This document shows, in pieces, positions 36,501 through 51,500 of a stretch of DNA of 64,000 nt. Both the position numbers and the translations under genes were made by a program. The number at the start of each line of letters is the position of its first letter. The stretch's first letter is position 1. The notes beneath the pieces are model-generated. The model searched no databases, had not been told where the DNA came from, and saw nothing but the letters and a program-made list of their open reading frames with translations. The stretch is from NCBI GenBank assembly GCA_046563655.1, contig JAJCTO010000011.1, positions 62,001 through 126,000 on the forward strand. Direction: 5' to 3'. Source of the DNA: Yuukianura sp. NJ FZ-2021 (taxonomy: Eukaryota).

Positions 36501-39500
36501 ACAAATTTTCATAAAAAAAGGGTCACGAGATGAGGGACGACACAGCAACTGAACGTGGGTTCCTGTAGCACTTTTTATGAGGATTCCAAAAATATAGTTG
36601 ACTTTTACCCAGCATTGTTCCGGAATGCATTTCTTTTGAATTCTTTGTTTTGAAACATGGATTTTCATAAATAAAGGTAACAAGATGATGGACGACACAG
36701 CAAGTGAAAGTGGGTTCCTGTAGCACTTTTTATGAGGATTTCAAAAGTATAGTTGACTTTTACCCAGCATTGTTCCGGAATGCATTTCTTTTGAATTCTT
36801 TGTTTTGAAACATGGATTTTCATAAATAAAGGTAACAAGATGATGGACGACACAGCAAGTGAAAGTGGGTTCCTGTAAAACTTTTTATGAGGATTTCAAA
36901 AATGTAATTTACTTTCTGTTCATTCTCACATTTGCATGTTCATTCTCACAAATTTAAGTCGTTTTGCGTCAAAATGGTGCTCGACATTGCCCTGTGTGGC
37001 GTATACCAACCCAAGGTAAAATCCGAGGCAGAGCGGTTCATTCAGACTTGTAAGTACGCTCTAACCAGATTTAATTGCGATCTATCCACGCCAATTAAAC
37101 TTGTGTTCCTGTAGTACTTTTCAGGAGGATTTCAGAAAAGTTACTCATTTTCACCCGGCATCGCTCCGCGTGGAGGTTTCTTTGAATGATTTGTTTCGAC
37201 ACAAATTTTCATAAATAGAGGGTCACGAGATGAGGGACGACACAGCAACTGAACGTGGGTACCTGTAGTACTTTTCAGGAGGATTTCAAAAAAGTAACTC
37301 ATTTTCGCCCGGCATCGCTCCGCGTGGAGGTTGTTTGATTGATTTGTTTTGAAACAAATTTTCATAAAAAAAGGGTCACGAGATGAGGGACGACACAGCA
37401 ACTGAACGTGGGTTCCTGTAGCACTTTTTATGAGGATTCCAAAAATATAGTTGACTTTTACCCAGCATTGTTCCGGAATGCATTTCTTTTGAATTCTTTG
37501 TTTTGAAACATGGATTTTCATAAATAAAGGTAACAAGATGATGGACGACACAGCAAGTGAAAGTGGGTTCCTGTAGCACTTTTTATGAGGATTTCAAAAA
37601 TGTAATTTACTTTCTGTTCATTCTCACATTTGCTTGTTCACTCTCACAAATTTAAGTCGTTTTGTGTCAAAATGGTGCTCGACATTGCCCTGGGTGCCGT
37701 ATTCCAACCCGAGATAAAATCCGAGGTTGAGCGGTTCATTCAGACTTTTAAGTACGCTCTAACCAGATTTAATTGCGATCTATCCACGCCAATTAAACTT
37801 GGGTTCCTGTAGTACTTTTCAGGAGGATTTCAGAAAAGTTACTCATTTTCGCCCGGCATCGCTCCGCGTGGAGGTTTTTCGATTGATTTGTTTTGAAACA
37901 AATTTTCATAAAAAAAGGGTCACGAGATGAGGGACGACACAGCAACTGAACGTGGGTTCCTGTAGCACTTTTTATGAGGATTCCAAAAATATAGTTGACT
38001 TTTACCCAGCATCGTTCCGGAATGCATTTCTTTTGAATTCTTTGTTTTGAAACATGGATTTTCATAAATAAAGGTAACAAGATGATGGACGACACAGCAA
38101 GTGAAAGTGGGTTCCTGTAGCACTTTTTATGAGGATTTCAATAATATAGTTGACTTTTACCCAGCATCGTTCCGGAATGCATTTCTTTTGAATTCTTTGT
38201 TTTGAAACATGAATTTTCATAAATAAAGGTAACAAGATGATGGACGACACAGCAAGTGAAAGTGGGTTCCTGTAGCACTTTTTATGAGGATTTCAAAAAT
38301 GTAATTTACTTTCTGTTCATTCTCACATTTGCATGTTCATTCTCACAAATTTAAGTCGTTTTGCGTCAAAATGGTGCTCGACATTGCCCTGTGTGGCGTA
38401 TACCAACCCAAGGTAAAATCCGAGGCAGAGCGGTTCATTCAGACTTGTAAGTACGCTCTAACCAGATTTAATTGCGATCTATCCACGCCAATTAAACTTG
38501 TGTTCCTGTAGTACTTTTCAGGAGGATTTCAGAAAAGTAACTCATTTTCACCCGGCATCGCTCCGCGTGGAGGTTTTTTGAATGATTTGTTTTGAAACAA
38601 ATTTTCATAAAAAAGGTCACGAGATGAGGGACGACACAGCAACTGAAAGTGGGTTCCTGTAGCCCTGTTTATGAGGATTTCAAAAATATAGTTGACTTTT
38701 ACCCAGCATTGTTCTGGAATGTATTTCTTTTGAATTCTTTGTTTTGAAACATGGATTTTTATAAAAAAAGGGTAACAAGATGATGGACGACACAGCAAGT
38801 GAAAGTGGGTTCCTGTAGCACTTTTTATGAGGATTTCAAAAATATAGTTGACTTTTACCCAGCATTGTTCCGGAATGCATTTCTTTTGAATTCTTTGTTT
38901 TGAAACATGAATTTTCATAAATAAAGGTAACAAGATGATGGACGACACAGCAAGTGAAAGTGGGTTCCTGTAGCACTTTTTATGAGGATTTCAAAAATGT
39001 AATTTACTTTCTGTTCATTCTCACATTTGCATGTTCATTCTCACAAATTTAAGTCGTTTTGCGTCAAAATGGTGCTCGACATTGCCCTGTGTGGCGTATA
39101 CCAACCCAAGGTAAAATCCGAGGCAGAGCGGTTCATTCAGACTTGTAAGTACGCTCTAACCAGATTTAATTGCGATCTATCCACGCCAATTAAACTTGTG
39201 TTCCTGTAGTACTTTTCAGGAGGATTTCAGAAAAGTTACTCATTTTCACCCGGCATCGCTCCGCGTGGAGGTTTCTTTGAATGATTTGTTTCGACACAAA
39301 TTTTCATAAATAAAGGGTCACGAGATGAGGGACGACACAGCAAATGAACGTGGGTTCCTGTAGTACTTTTCAGGAGGATTTCAAAAAAGTAACTCATTTT
39401 CGCCCGGCATCGCTCCGCGTGGAGGTTTTTCGATTGATTTGTTTTGAAACAAATTTTCATAAAAAAGGGTCACAAGATGAGGGACGACACAGCAACTGAA

Positions 39501-42500
39501 CGTGGGTTCCTGTAGCACTTTTTATGAGGATTCCAAAAATATAGTTGACTTTTACCCAGCATTGTTCCGGAATGCATTTCTTTTGAATTCTTTGTTTTGA
39601 AACATGGATTTTCATAAATAAAGGTAACAAGATGATGGACGACACAGCAAGTGAAAGTGGGTTCCTGTAGCACTTTTTATGAGGATTTCAAAAGTATAGT
39701 TGACTTTTACCCAGCATTGTTCCGGAATGCATTTCTTTTGAATTCTTTGTTTTGAAACATGGATTTTCATAAATAAAGGTAACAAGATGATGGACGACAC
39801 AGCAAGTGAAAGTGGGTTCCTGTAGCACTTTTTATGAGGATTTCAAAAATGTAATTTACTTTCTGTTCATTCTCACATTTGCATGTTCATTCTCACAAAT
39901 TTAAGTCGTTTTGCGTCAAAATGGTGCTCGACATTGCCCTGTGTGGCGTATACCAACCCAAGGTAAAATCCGAGGCAGAGCGGTTCATTCAGACTTGTAA
40001 GTACGCTCTAACCAGATTTAATTGCGATCTATCCACGCCAATTAAACTTGTGTTCCTGTAGTACTTTTCAGGAGGATTTCAGAAAAGTTACTCATTTTCA
40101 CCCGGCATCGCTCCGCGTGGAGGTTTCTTTGAATGATTTGTTTCGACACAAATTTTCATAAATAAAGGGTCACGAGATGAGGGACGACACAGCAACTGAA
40201 CGTGGGTACCTGTAGTACTTTTCAGGAGGATTTCAAAAAAGTAACTCATTTTCGCCCGGCATCGCTCCGCGTGGAGGTTTTTCGATTGATTTGTTTTGAA
40301 ACAAATTTTCATAAAAAAAGGGTCACGAGATGAGGGACGACACAGCAACTGAACGTGGGTTCCTGTAGCACTTTTTATGAGGATTCCAAAAATATAGTTG
40401 ACTTTTACCCAGCATTGTTCCGGAATGCATTTCTTTTGAATTCTTTGTTTTGAAACATGGATTTTCATAAATAAAGGTAACAAGATGATGGACGACACAG
40501 CAAGTGAAAGTGGGTTCCTGTAGCACTTTTTATGAGGATTTCAATAATATAGTTGACTTTTACCCAGCATCGTTCCGGAATGCATTTCTTTTGAATTCTT
40601 TGTTTTGAAACATGAATTTTCATAAATAAAGGTAACAAGATGATGGACGACACAGCAAGTGAAAGTGGGTTCCTGTAGCACTTTTTATGAGGATTTCAAA
40701 AATGTAATTTACTTTCTGTTCATTCTCACATTTGCATGTTCATTCTCACAAATTTAAGTCGTTTTGCGTCAAAATGGTGCTCGACATTGCCCTGTGTGGC
40801 GTATACCAACCCAAGGTAAAATCCGAGGCAGAGCGGTTCATTCAGACTTGTAAGTACGCTCTAACCAGATTTAATTGCGATCTATCCACGCCAATTAAAC
40901 TTGTGTTCCTGTAGTACTTTTCAGGAGGATTTCAGAAAAGTTACTCATTTTCACCCGGCATCGCTCCGCGTGGAGGTTTCTTTGAATGATTTGTTTCGAC
41001 ACAAATTTTCATAAATAAAGGGTCACGAGATGAGGGACGACACAGCAACTGAACGTGGGTACCTGTAGTACTTTTCAGGAGGATTTCAAAAAAGTAACTC
41101 ATTTTCGCCCGGCATCGCTCCGCGTGGAGGTTTTTCGATTGATTTGTTTTGAAACAAATTTTCATAAAAAAAGGGTCACGAGATGAGGGACGACACAGCA
41201 ACTGAACGTGGGTTCCTGTAGCACTTTTTATGAGGATTCCAAAAATATAGTTGACTTTTACCCAGCATTGTTCCGGAATGCATTTCTTTTGAATTCTTTG
41301 TTTTGAAACATGGATTTTCATAAATAAAGGTAACAAGATGAGGGGCGACACAGCAAGTAAAAGTGGGTTCCTGTAGCCCATTTTATGAGGATTTCAAAAA
41401 TATAGTTAACTGTTACCCATCATCGTTCCGGAATGCGTTCATTTTGAATTTTTTGTTTTGAAACATGAATTTTCATAAATAAAGGTAACAAGATGATGGA
41501 CGACACAGCAAGTGAAAGTGGGTTCCTGTAGCACTTTTTATGAGGATTTCAAAAATGTAATTTACTTTCTGTTCATTCTCACATTTGCATGTTCATTCTC
41601 ACAAATTTAAGTCGTTTTGCGTCAAAATGGTGCTCGACATTGCCCTGTGTGGCGTATACCAACCCAAGGTAAAATCCGAGGCAGAGCGGTTCATTCAGAC
41701 TTGTAAGTACGCTCTAACCAGATTTAATTGCGATCTATCCACGCCAATTAAACTTGTGTTCCTGTAGTACTTTTCAGGAGGATTTCAGAAAAGTAACTCA
41801 TTTTCACCCGGCATCGCTCCGCGTGGAGGTTTCTTTGAATGATTTGTTTCGACACAAATTTTCATAAATAAAGGGTCACGAGATGAGGGACGACACAGCA
41901 AATGAACGTGGGTTCCTGTAGTACTTTTCAGGAGGATTTCAAAAAAGTAACTCATTTTCGCCCGGCATCGCTCCGCGTGGAGGTTTTTCGATTGATTTGT
42001 TTTGAAACAAATTTTCATAAAAAAAAAGGGTCACAAGATGAGAGACGACACAGCAACTGAACGTGGGTTCCTGTAGCACTTTTTATGAGGATTCCAAAAA
42101 TATAGTTGACTTTTACCCAGCATTGTTCCGGAATGCATTTCTTTTGAATTCTTTGTTTTGAAACATGGATTTTCATAAATAAAGGTAACAAGATGATGGA
42201 CGACACAGCAAGTGAAAGTGGGTTCCTGTAGCACTTTTTATGAGGATTTCAAAAGTATAGTTGACTTTTACCCAGCATTGTTCCGGAATGCATTTCTTTT
42301 GAATTCTTTGTTTTGAAACATGGATTTTCATAAATAAAGGTAACAAGATGATGGACGACACAGCAAGTGAAAGTGGGTTCCTGTAGCACTTTTTATGAGG
42401 ATTTCAAAAATGTAATTTACTTTCTGTTCATTCTCACATTTGCATGTTCATTCTCACAAATTTAAGTCGTTTTGCGTCAAAATGGTGCTCGACATTGCCC

Positions 42501-45500
42501 TGTGTGGCGTATACCAACCCAAGGTAAAATCCGAGGCAGAGCGGTTCATTCAGACTTGTAAGTACGCTCTAACCAGATTTAATTGCGATCTATCCACGCC
42601 AATTAAACTTGTGTTCCTGTAGTACTTTTCAGGAGGATTTCAGAAAAGTAACTCATTTTCACCCGGCATCGCTCCGCGTGGAGGTGTCTTTGAATGATTT
42701 GTTTTGAAACAAATTTTCATAAAAAAAGGTCACGAGATGAGGGACGACACAGCAAGTGAAGGTGGGTTCTTGTAGCCCTTTTTATGAGTATTTCAAAAAT
42801 ATAGTTGACTTTTACCCAGCATCGTTCTGGAATGTATTTCTTTTCAATTCTTTGTTTTGAAACATGAATTTTTATAAATAAAGTAACAAGATGATGGACG
42901 ACACAGCAAGTGAAAGTGGGTTCCTGTAGCACTTTTTATGAGGATTTCAATAATATAGTTGACTTTTACCCAGCATCGTTCCGGAATGCATTTCTTTTGA
43001 ATTCTTTGTTTTGAAACATGAATTTTCATAAATAAAGGTAACAAGATGATGGACGACACAGCAAGTGAAAGTGGGTTCCTGTAGCACTTTTTATGAGGAT
43101 TTCAAAAATGTAGTCGATTTTCTGTTCATTCTCACATTTGCATGTTCATTCTCACAAATTTAACTCGTTTTGTGTCAAAATGGTGCTCGACATTGCCCTG
43201 GGTGGCGCACACCAACCCAAGATAAAATCCGAGGTTGAGCGGTTCATTCAGACTTTCAAGTACGCTCTAACCAGATTTAATTGCGATCTATCCACGCCAA
43301 TTAAACTTGGGTTCCTGTAGTACTTTTCAGGAGGATTTCAGAAAAGTAACTCATTTTCACCCGGCATCGCTCCGCGTGGAGGTTTTTCGATTGATTTGTT
43401 TTGAAACAAATTTTCATAAAAAAAGGGTCACGAGATGAGGGACGACACAGCAACTGAACGTGGGTTCCTGTAGCACTTTTTATGAGGATTCCAAAAATAT
43501 AGTTGACTTTTACCCAGCATTGTTCCGGAATGCATTTCTTTTGAATTCTTTGTTTTGAAACATGGATTTTCATAAATAAAGGTAACAAGATGATGGACGA
43601 CACAGCAAGTGAAAGTGGGTTCCTGTAGCACTTTTTATGAGGATTTCAAAAGTATAGTTGACTTTTACCCAGCATCGTTCCGGAATGCATTTCTTTTGAA
43701 TTTTTTGTTTTGAAACATGAATTTTCATAAATAAAGGTAACAAGATGATGGACGACACAGCAAGTGAAAGTGGGTTCCTGTAGCACTTTTTATGAGGATT
43801 TCAAAAATGTAATTTACTTTCTGTTCATTCTCACATTTGCATGTTCATTCTCACAAATTTAAGTCGTTTTGCGTCAAAATGGTGCTCGACATTGCCCTGT
43901 GTGGCGTATACCAACCCAAGGTAAAATCCGAGGCAGAGCGGTTCATTCAGACTTGTAAGTACGCTCTAACCAGATTTAATTGCGATCTATCCACGCCAAT
44001 TAAACTTGTGTTCCTGTAGTACTTTTCAGGAGGATTTCAGAAAAGTAACTCATTTTCACCCGGCATCGCTCCGCGTGGAGGTTTCTTCGATTGATTTGTT
44101 TTGAAACAAATTTTCATAAAAAAAGGGTCACGAGATGAGGGACGACACAGCAACTGAACGTGGGTTCCTGTAGCACTTTTTATGAGGATTCCAAAAATAT
44201 AGTTGACTTTTACCCAGCATTGTTCCGGAATGCATTTCTTTTGAATTCTTTGTTTTGAAACATGGATTTTCATAATAAAGGTAACAAGATGATGGACGAC
44301 ACAGCAAGTGAAAGTGGGTTTCTGTAGCACTTTTTATGAGGATTTCAATAATATAGTTGACTTTTACCCAGCATCGTTCCGGAATGCATTTCTTTTGAAT
44401 TCTTTGTTTTGAAACATGAATTTTCATAAATAAAGGTAACAAGATGATGGACGACACAGGAAGTGAAAGTGGGTTCCTGTAAAACTTTTTATGAGGATTT
44501 CAAAAATGTAATTTACTTTCTGTTCATTCTCACATTTGCATGTTCACTCTCACAAATTTAAGTCGTTTTGTGTCAAAATGGTGCTCGACATTGCCCTGTG
44601 TGGCGTATACCAACCCAAGGTAAAATCCGAGGCAGAGCGGTTCATTCAGACTTGTAAGTACGCTCTAACCAGATTTAATTGCGATCTATCCACGCCAATT
44701 AAACTTGTGTTCCTGTAGTACTTTTCAGGAGGATTTCAGAAAAGTAACTCATTTTCACCCGGCATCGCTCCGCGTGGAGGTTTCTTTGAATGATTTGTTT
44801 CGACACAAATTTTCATAAATAAAGGGTCACGAGATGAGGGACGACACAGCAAATGAACGTGGGTTCCTGTAGTACTTTTCAGGAGGATTTCAAAAAAGTA
44901 ACTCATTTTCGCCCGGCATCGCTCCGCGTGGAGGTTTTTCGATTGATTTGTTTTGAAACAAATTTTCATAAAAAAGGGTCACGAGATGAGGGACGACACA
45001 GCAACTGATCGTGGGTTCCTGTAGCACTTTTTATGAGGATTCCAAAAATATAGTTGACTTTTACCCAGCATCGTTCTGGAATGTATTTCTTTTGAATTCT
45101 TTGTTTTGAAACATGAATTTTTATAAATAAAGTAACAAGATGATGGACGACACAGCAAGTGAAAGTGGGTTCCTGTAGCACTTTTTATGAGGATTTCAAT
45201 AATATAGTTGACTTTTACCCAGCATCGTTTCGGAATGCATTTCTTTTGAATTTTCTGTTTTGAAACATGAATTTTCATAAATAAAGGTAACAAGATGATG
45301 GACGACACAGCAAGTGAAAGTGGGTTCCTGTAGCACTTTTTATGAGGATTTCAAAAATGTAATTTACTTTCTGTTCATTCTCACATTTGCATATTCATTC
45401 TCACACAAATTTAAGTCGTTTTGTGTCAAAATGGTGCTCGACATTGCCCTGGGTGCCGTATTCCAACCCAAGATAAAATCCGAGGTTGAGCGTTTCATTC

Positions 45501-48500
45501 AGACTTTTAAGTACGCTCTAACCAGATTTAATTGCGATCTATCCACGCCAATTAAACTTGGGTTCCTGTAGTACTTTTCAGGAGGATTTCAGAAAAGTTA
45601 CTCATTTTCACCCGGCATCGCTCCGCGTGGAGGTTTTTCGATTGATTTGTTTTGAAACAAATTTTCATAAAAAAAGGTCACGAGATGAGGGACGACACAG
45701 CAACTGAACGTGGGTTCCTGTAGCACTTTTTATGAGGATTCCAAAAATATAGTTGACTTTTACCCAGCATCGTTCTGGAATGTATTTCTTTTGAATTCTT
45801 TGTTTTGAAACATGAATTTTTATAAATAAAGTAACAAGATGATGGACGACACAGCAAGTGAAAGTGGGTTCCTGTAGCACTTTTTATGAGGATTTCAATA
45901 ATATAGTTGACTTTTACCCAGCATCGTTTCGGAATGCATTTCTTTTGAATTTTCTGTTTTGAAACATGAATTTTCATAAATAAAGGTAACAAGATGTTGG
46001 ACGACACAGCAAGTGAAAGTGGGTTCCTGTAGCACTTTTTATGAGGATTTCAAAAATGTAATTTACTTTCTGTTCATTCTCACATTTGCATGTTCACTCC
46101 CACAAATTTAGGTCGTTTTGTGTCAAAATGGTGCTCGACATTGCCCTGGGTGCCGTATTCCAACCCAAGATAAAATCCGAGGTTGAGCGTTTCATTCAGA
46201 CTTTTAAGTACGCTCTAACCAGATTTAATTGCGATCTATCCACGCCAATTAAACTTGGGTTCCTGTAGTACTTTTCAGGAGGATTTCAGAAAAGTAACTC
46301 ATTTTCACCCGGCATCGCTCCGCGTGGAGGTTTTTCGAATGATTTGTTTTGAAACAAATTTTCATAAAAAAAGGTCACGAGATGAGGGACGACACAGCAA
46401 CTGAAAGTGGGTTCCTGTAGCCCTGTTTATGAGGATTTCAAAAATATAGTTGACTTTTACCCAGCATCGTTCCGGAATGCATTTCTTTTGAATTTTTTGT
46501 TTTGAAACATGAATTTTCATAAATAAAGGTAACAAGATGATGGACGACACAGGAAGTGAAAGTGGGTTCCTGTAGCACTTTTTATGAGGATTTCAAAAAT
46601 GTAATTTACTTTCTGTTCATTCTCACATTTGCATGTTCACTCTCACAAATTTAAGTCGTTTTGTGTCAAAATGGTGCTCGACATTGCGCTGGGTGCCGTA
46701 TTCCAACCCGAGATAAAATCCGAAGTTGAGCGTTTCATTCAGACTTTTAAGTACGCTCTAACCAGATTTAATTGCAATCTATCCACGCCAATTAAACTTG
46801 GGTTCCTGTAGTACTTTTCAGGAGGATTTCAGAAAAGTTACTCATTTTCACCCGGCATCGCTCCGCGTGGAGGTTTTTTTGAATGATTTGTTTCGACAAA
46901 TTTTCATAAATAAAGGGTCACGAGATGAGGGACGACACAGCAACTGAACGTGGGTTCCTGTAGTACTTTTCAGGAGGATTTCAAAAAAGTAACTCATTTT
47001 CGCCCGTCATCGCTCCTCGTGGAGGTTTTTCGATTGATTTGTTTTGAAACAAATTTTCATAAAAAAAGGGTCACGAGATGAGGGACGACACAGCAACTGA
47101 ACGTGGGTTCCTGTAGCACTTTTTATGAGGATTCCAAAAATATAGTTGACTTTTACCCAGCATTGTTCCGGAATGCATTTCTTTTGAATTCTTTGTTTTG
47201 AAACATGGATTTTCATAATAAAGGTAACAAGATGATGGACGACACAGCAAGTGAAAGTGGGTTCCTGTAGCCCATTTTATGAGGATTTCAAAAATATAGT
47301 TGACTTTTACCCAGCATCGTTCCGGAATGCATTTCTTTTGAATTTTTTGTTTTGAAACATGAATTTTCATAAATAAAGGTAACAAGATGATGGACGACAC
47401 AGCAAGTGAAAGTGGGTTCCTGTAGCACTTTTTATGAGGATTTCAAAAATGTAATTTACTTTCTGTTCATTCTCACATTTGCATGTTCACTCTCACAAAT
47501 TTAAGTCGTTTTGTGTCAAAATGGTGCTCGACATTGCCCTGGGTGCCGTATTCCAACCCGAGATAAAATCCGAAGTTGAGCGTTTCATTCAGACTTTTAA
47601 GTACGCTCTAACCAGATTTAATTGCGATCTATCCACGCCAATTAAACTTGGGTTCCTGTAGTACTTTTCAGGAGGATTTCAGAAAAGTTACTCATTTTCA
47701 CCCGGCATCGCTCCGCGTGGAGGTTTCTTTGAATGATTTGTTTCGACACAAATTTTCATAAATAAAGGGTCACGAGATGAGGGACGACACAGCAACTGAA
47801 CGTGGGTTCCTGTAGTACTTTTCAGGAGGATTTCAAAAAAGTAACTCATTTTCGCCCGTCATCGCTCCTCGTGGAGGTTTTTCGATTGATTTGTTTTGAA
47901 ACAAATTTTCATAAAAAAAAGGTCACGAGATGAGGGACGACACAGCAACTGAACGTGGGTTCCTGTAGCACTTTTTATGAGGATTCCAAAAATATAGTTG
48001 ACTTTTACCCAGCATTGTTCCGGAATGCATTTCTTTTGAATTCTTTGTTTTGAAACATGGATTTTCATAATAAAGGTAACAAGATGATGGACGACACAGC
48101 AAGTGAAAGTGGGTTCCTGTAGCCCATTTTATGAGGATTTCAAAAATATAGTTGACTTTTACCCAGCATCGTTCCGGAATGCATTTCTTTTGAATTTTTT
48201 GTTTTGAAACATGAATTTTCATAAATAAAGGTAACAAGATGATGGACGACACAGCAAGTGAAAGTGGGTTCCTGTAGCACTTTTTATGAGGATTTCAAAA
48301 ATGTAATTTACTTTCTGTTCATTCTCACATTTGCATGTTCACTCTCACAAATTTAAGTCGTTTTGTGTCAAAATGGTGCTCGACATTGCGCTGGGTGCCG
48401 TATTCCAACCCGAGATAAAATCCGAAGTTGAGCGTTTCATTCAGACTTTTAAGTACGCTCTAACCAGATTTAATTGCAATCTATCCACGCCAATTAAACT

Positions 48501-51500
48501 TGGGTTCCTGTAGTACTTTTCAGGAGGATTTCAGAAAAGTTACTCATTTTCACCCGGCATCGCTCCGCGTGGAGGTTTTTTTGAATGATTTGTTTCGACA
48601 AATTTTCATAAATAAAGGGTCACGAGATGAGGGACGACACAGCAACTGAACGTGGGTTCCTGTAGTACTTTTCAGGAGGATTTCAAAAAAGTAACTCATT
48701 TTCGCCCGTCATCGCTCCTCGTGGAGGTTTTTCGATTGATTTGTTTTGAAACAAATTTTCATAAAAAAAAGGGTCACGAGATGAGGGACGACACAGCAAC
48801 TGAACGTGGGTTCCTGTAGCACTTTTTATGAGGATTCCAAAAATATAGTTGACTTTTACCCAGCATTGTTCCGGAATGCATTTCTTTTGAATTCTTTGTT
48901 TTGAAACATGGATTTTCATAATAAAGGTAACAAGATGATGGGCGACACAGCAAGTGAAAGTGGGTTCCTGTAGCACTTTTTATGAGGATTTCAAAAATAT
49001 AGTTGGCTTTTACCCAGCATCGTTCCGGAATGCATTTCTTTTGAATTTTTTGTTTTGAAACATGAATTTTCATAAATAAAGGAACAAGATGATAGACGAC
49101 ACAGCAAGTGAAAGTGGGTTCCTGTAGCACTTTTTATGAGGATTTCAAAAATGTAATTTACTTTCTGTTCATTCTCACATTTGCATGTTCACTCTCACAA
49201 ATTTAAGTCGTTTTGTGTCAAAATGGTGCTCGACATTGCCCTGGGTGCCGTATTCCAACCCGAGATAAAATCCGAAGTTGAGCGTTTCATTCAGACTTTT
49301 AAGTACGCTCTAACCAGATTTAATTGCAATCTATCCACGCCAATTAAACTTGGGTTCCTGTAGTACTTTTCAGGAGGATTTCAGAAAAGTTACTCATTTT
49401 CACCCGGCATCGCTCCGCGTGGAGGTTTTTCGAATGATTTGTTTTGAAACAAATTTTCATAAAAAAAGGGTCACGAGATGAGGGACGACACAGCAACTGA
49501 ACGTGGGTTCCTGTAGCACTTTTTATGAGGATTCCAAAAATATAGTTGACTTTTACCCAGCATTGTTCCGGAATGCATTTCTTTTGAATTCTTTGTTTTG
49601 AAACATGGATTTTCATAATAAAGGTAACAAGATGATGGACGACACAGCAAGTGAAAGTGGGTTGCTGTAGCCCTTTTTATGAGGATTTCAAAAATATAGT
49701 TGGCTTTTACCCAGCATCGTTCCGGAATGCATTTCTTTTGAATTTTTTGTTTTGAAACATGAATTTTCATAAATAAAGGTAACAAGATGATAGACGACAC
49801 AGCAAGTGAAAGTGGGTTCCTGTAGCACTTTTTATGAGGATTTCAAAAATGTAATTTACTTTCTGTTCATTCTCACATTTGCATGTTCACTCTCACAAAT
49901 TTAAGTCGTTTTGTGTCAAAATGGTGCTCGACATTGCCCTGGGTGCCGTATTCCAACCCGAGATAAAATCCGAAGTTGAGCGTTTCATTCAGACTTTTAA
50001 GTACGCTCTAACCAGATTTAATTGCAATCTATCCACGCCAATTAAACTTGGGTTCCTGTAGTACTTTTCAGGAGGATTTCAGAAAAGTTACTCATTTTCA
50101 CCCGGCATCGCTCCGCGTGGAGGTTTTTTTGAATGATTTGTTTCGACAAATTTTCATAAATAAAGGGTCACGAGATGAGGGACGACACAGCAACTGAACG
50201 TGGGTACCTGTAGTACTTTTCAGGAGGATTTCAAAAAAGTAACTCATTTTCGCCCGTCATCGCTCCTCGTGGAGGTTTTTCGATTGATTTGTTTTGAAAC
50301 AAATTTTCATAAAAAAAGGGTCACGAGATGAGGGACGACACAGCAACTGATCGTGGGTTCCTGTAGCACTTTTTATGAGGATTCCAAAAATATAGTTGAC
50401 TTTTACCCAGCATCGTTCCGGAATGCATTTCTTTTGAATTCTTTGTTTTGAAACATGGATTTTCATAAATAAAGGTAACAAGATGATGGACGACACAGCA
50501 AGTGAAAGTGGGTTCCTGTAGCACTTTTTATGAGGATTTCAATAATATAGTTGACTTTTACCCAGCATCTTTCTGGAATGCATTTCTTTTGAATTCTTTG
50601 TTTTGAAGCATGAATTTTCATAACTAAAGGTAACAAGATGATGGACGACATAGCAAGTGAAAGTGGGTTCCTGTAGCACTTTTTATGAGGATTTCAAAAA
50701 TGTAATTTACTTTCTGTTCATTCTCACATTTGCATGTTCACTCCCACAAATTTAGGTCGTTTTGTGTCAAAATGGTGCTCGACATTGCCCTGGGTGCCGT
50801 ATTCCAACCCAAGATAAAATCCGCGGTTGAGCGTTTCATTCAGACTTTTAAGTACGCTCTAACCAGATTTAATTGCGATCTATCCACGCCAATTAAACTT
50901 GGGTTCCTGTAGTACTTTTCAGGAGGATTTCAGAAAAGTTACTCATTTTCACCCGGCATCGCTCCGCGTGGAGGTTTGTAACTCATTTTCGCCCGGCATC
51001 GCTCCGCGTGGAGGTTTTTCGATTGATTTGTTTTGAAACAAATTTTCATAAAAAAAGGGTCACGAGATGAGGGACGACACAGCAACTGAACGTGGGTTCC
51101 TGTAGCACTTTTTATGAGGATTCCAAAAATATAGTTGACTTTTACCCAGCATCGTTCTGGAATGTATTTCTTTTGAATTCTTTGTTTTGAAACATGAATT
51201 TTTATAAATAAAGTAACAAGATGATGGACGACACAGCAAGTGAAAGTGGGTTTCTGTAGCACTTTTTATGAGGATTTCAATAATATAGTTGACTTTTACC
51301 CAGCATCGTTTCGGAATGCATTTCTTTTGAATTTTCTGTTTTGAAACATGAATTTTCATAAATAAAGGTAACAAGATGATGGACGACACAGCAAGTGAAA
51401 GTGGGTTCCTGTAGCACTTTTTATGAGGATTTCAAAAATGTAATTTACTTTCTGTTCATTCTCACATTTGCATGTTCACTCCCACAAATTTAGGTCGTTT

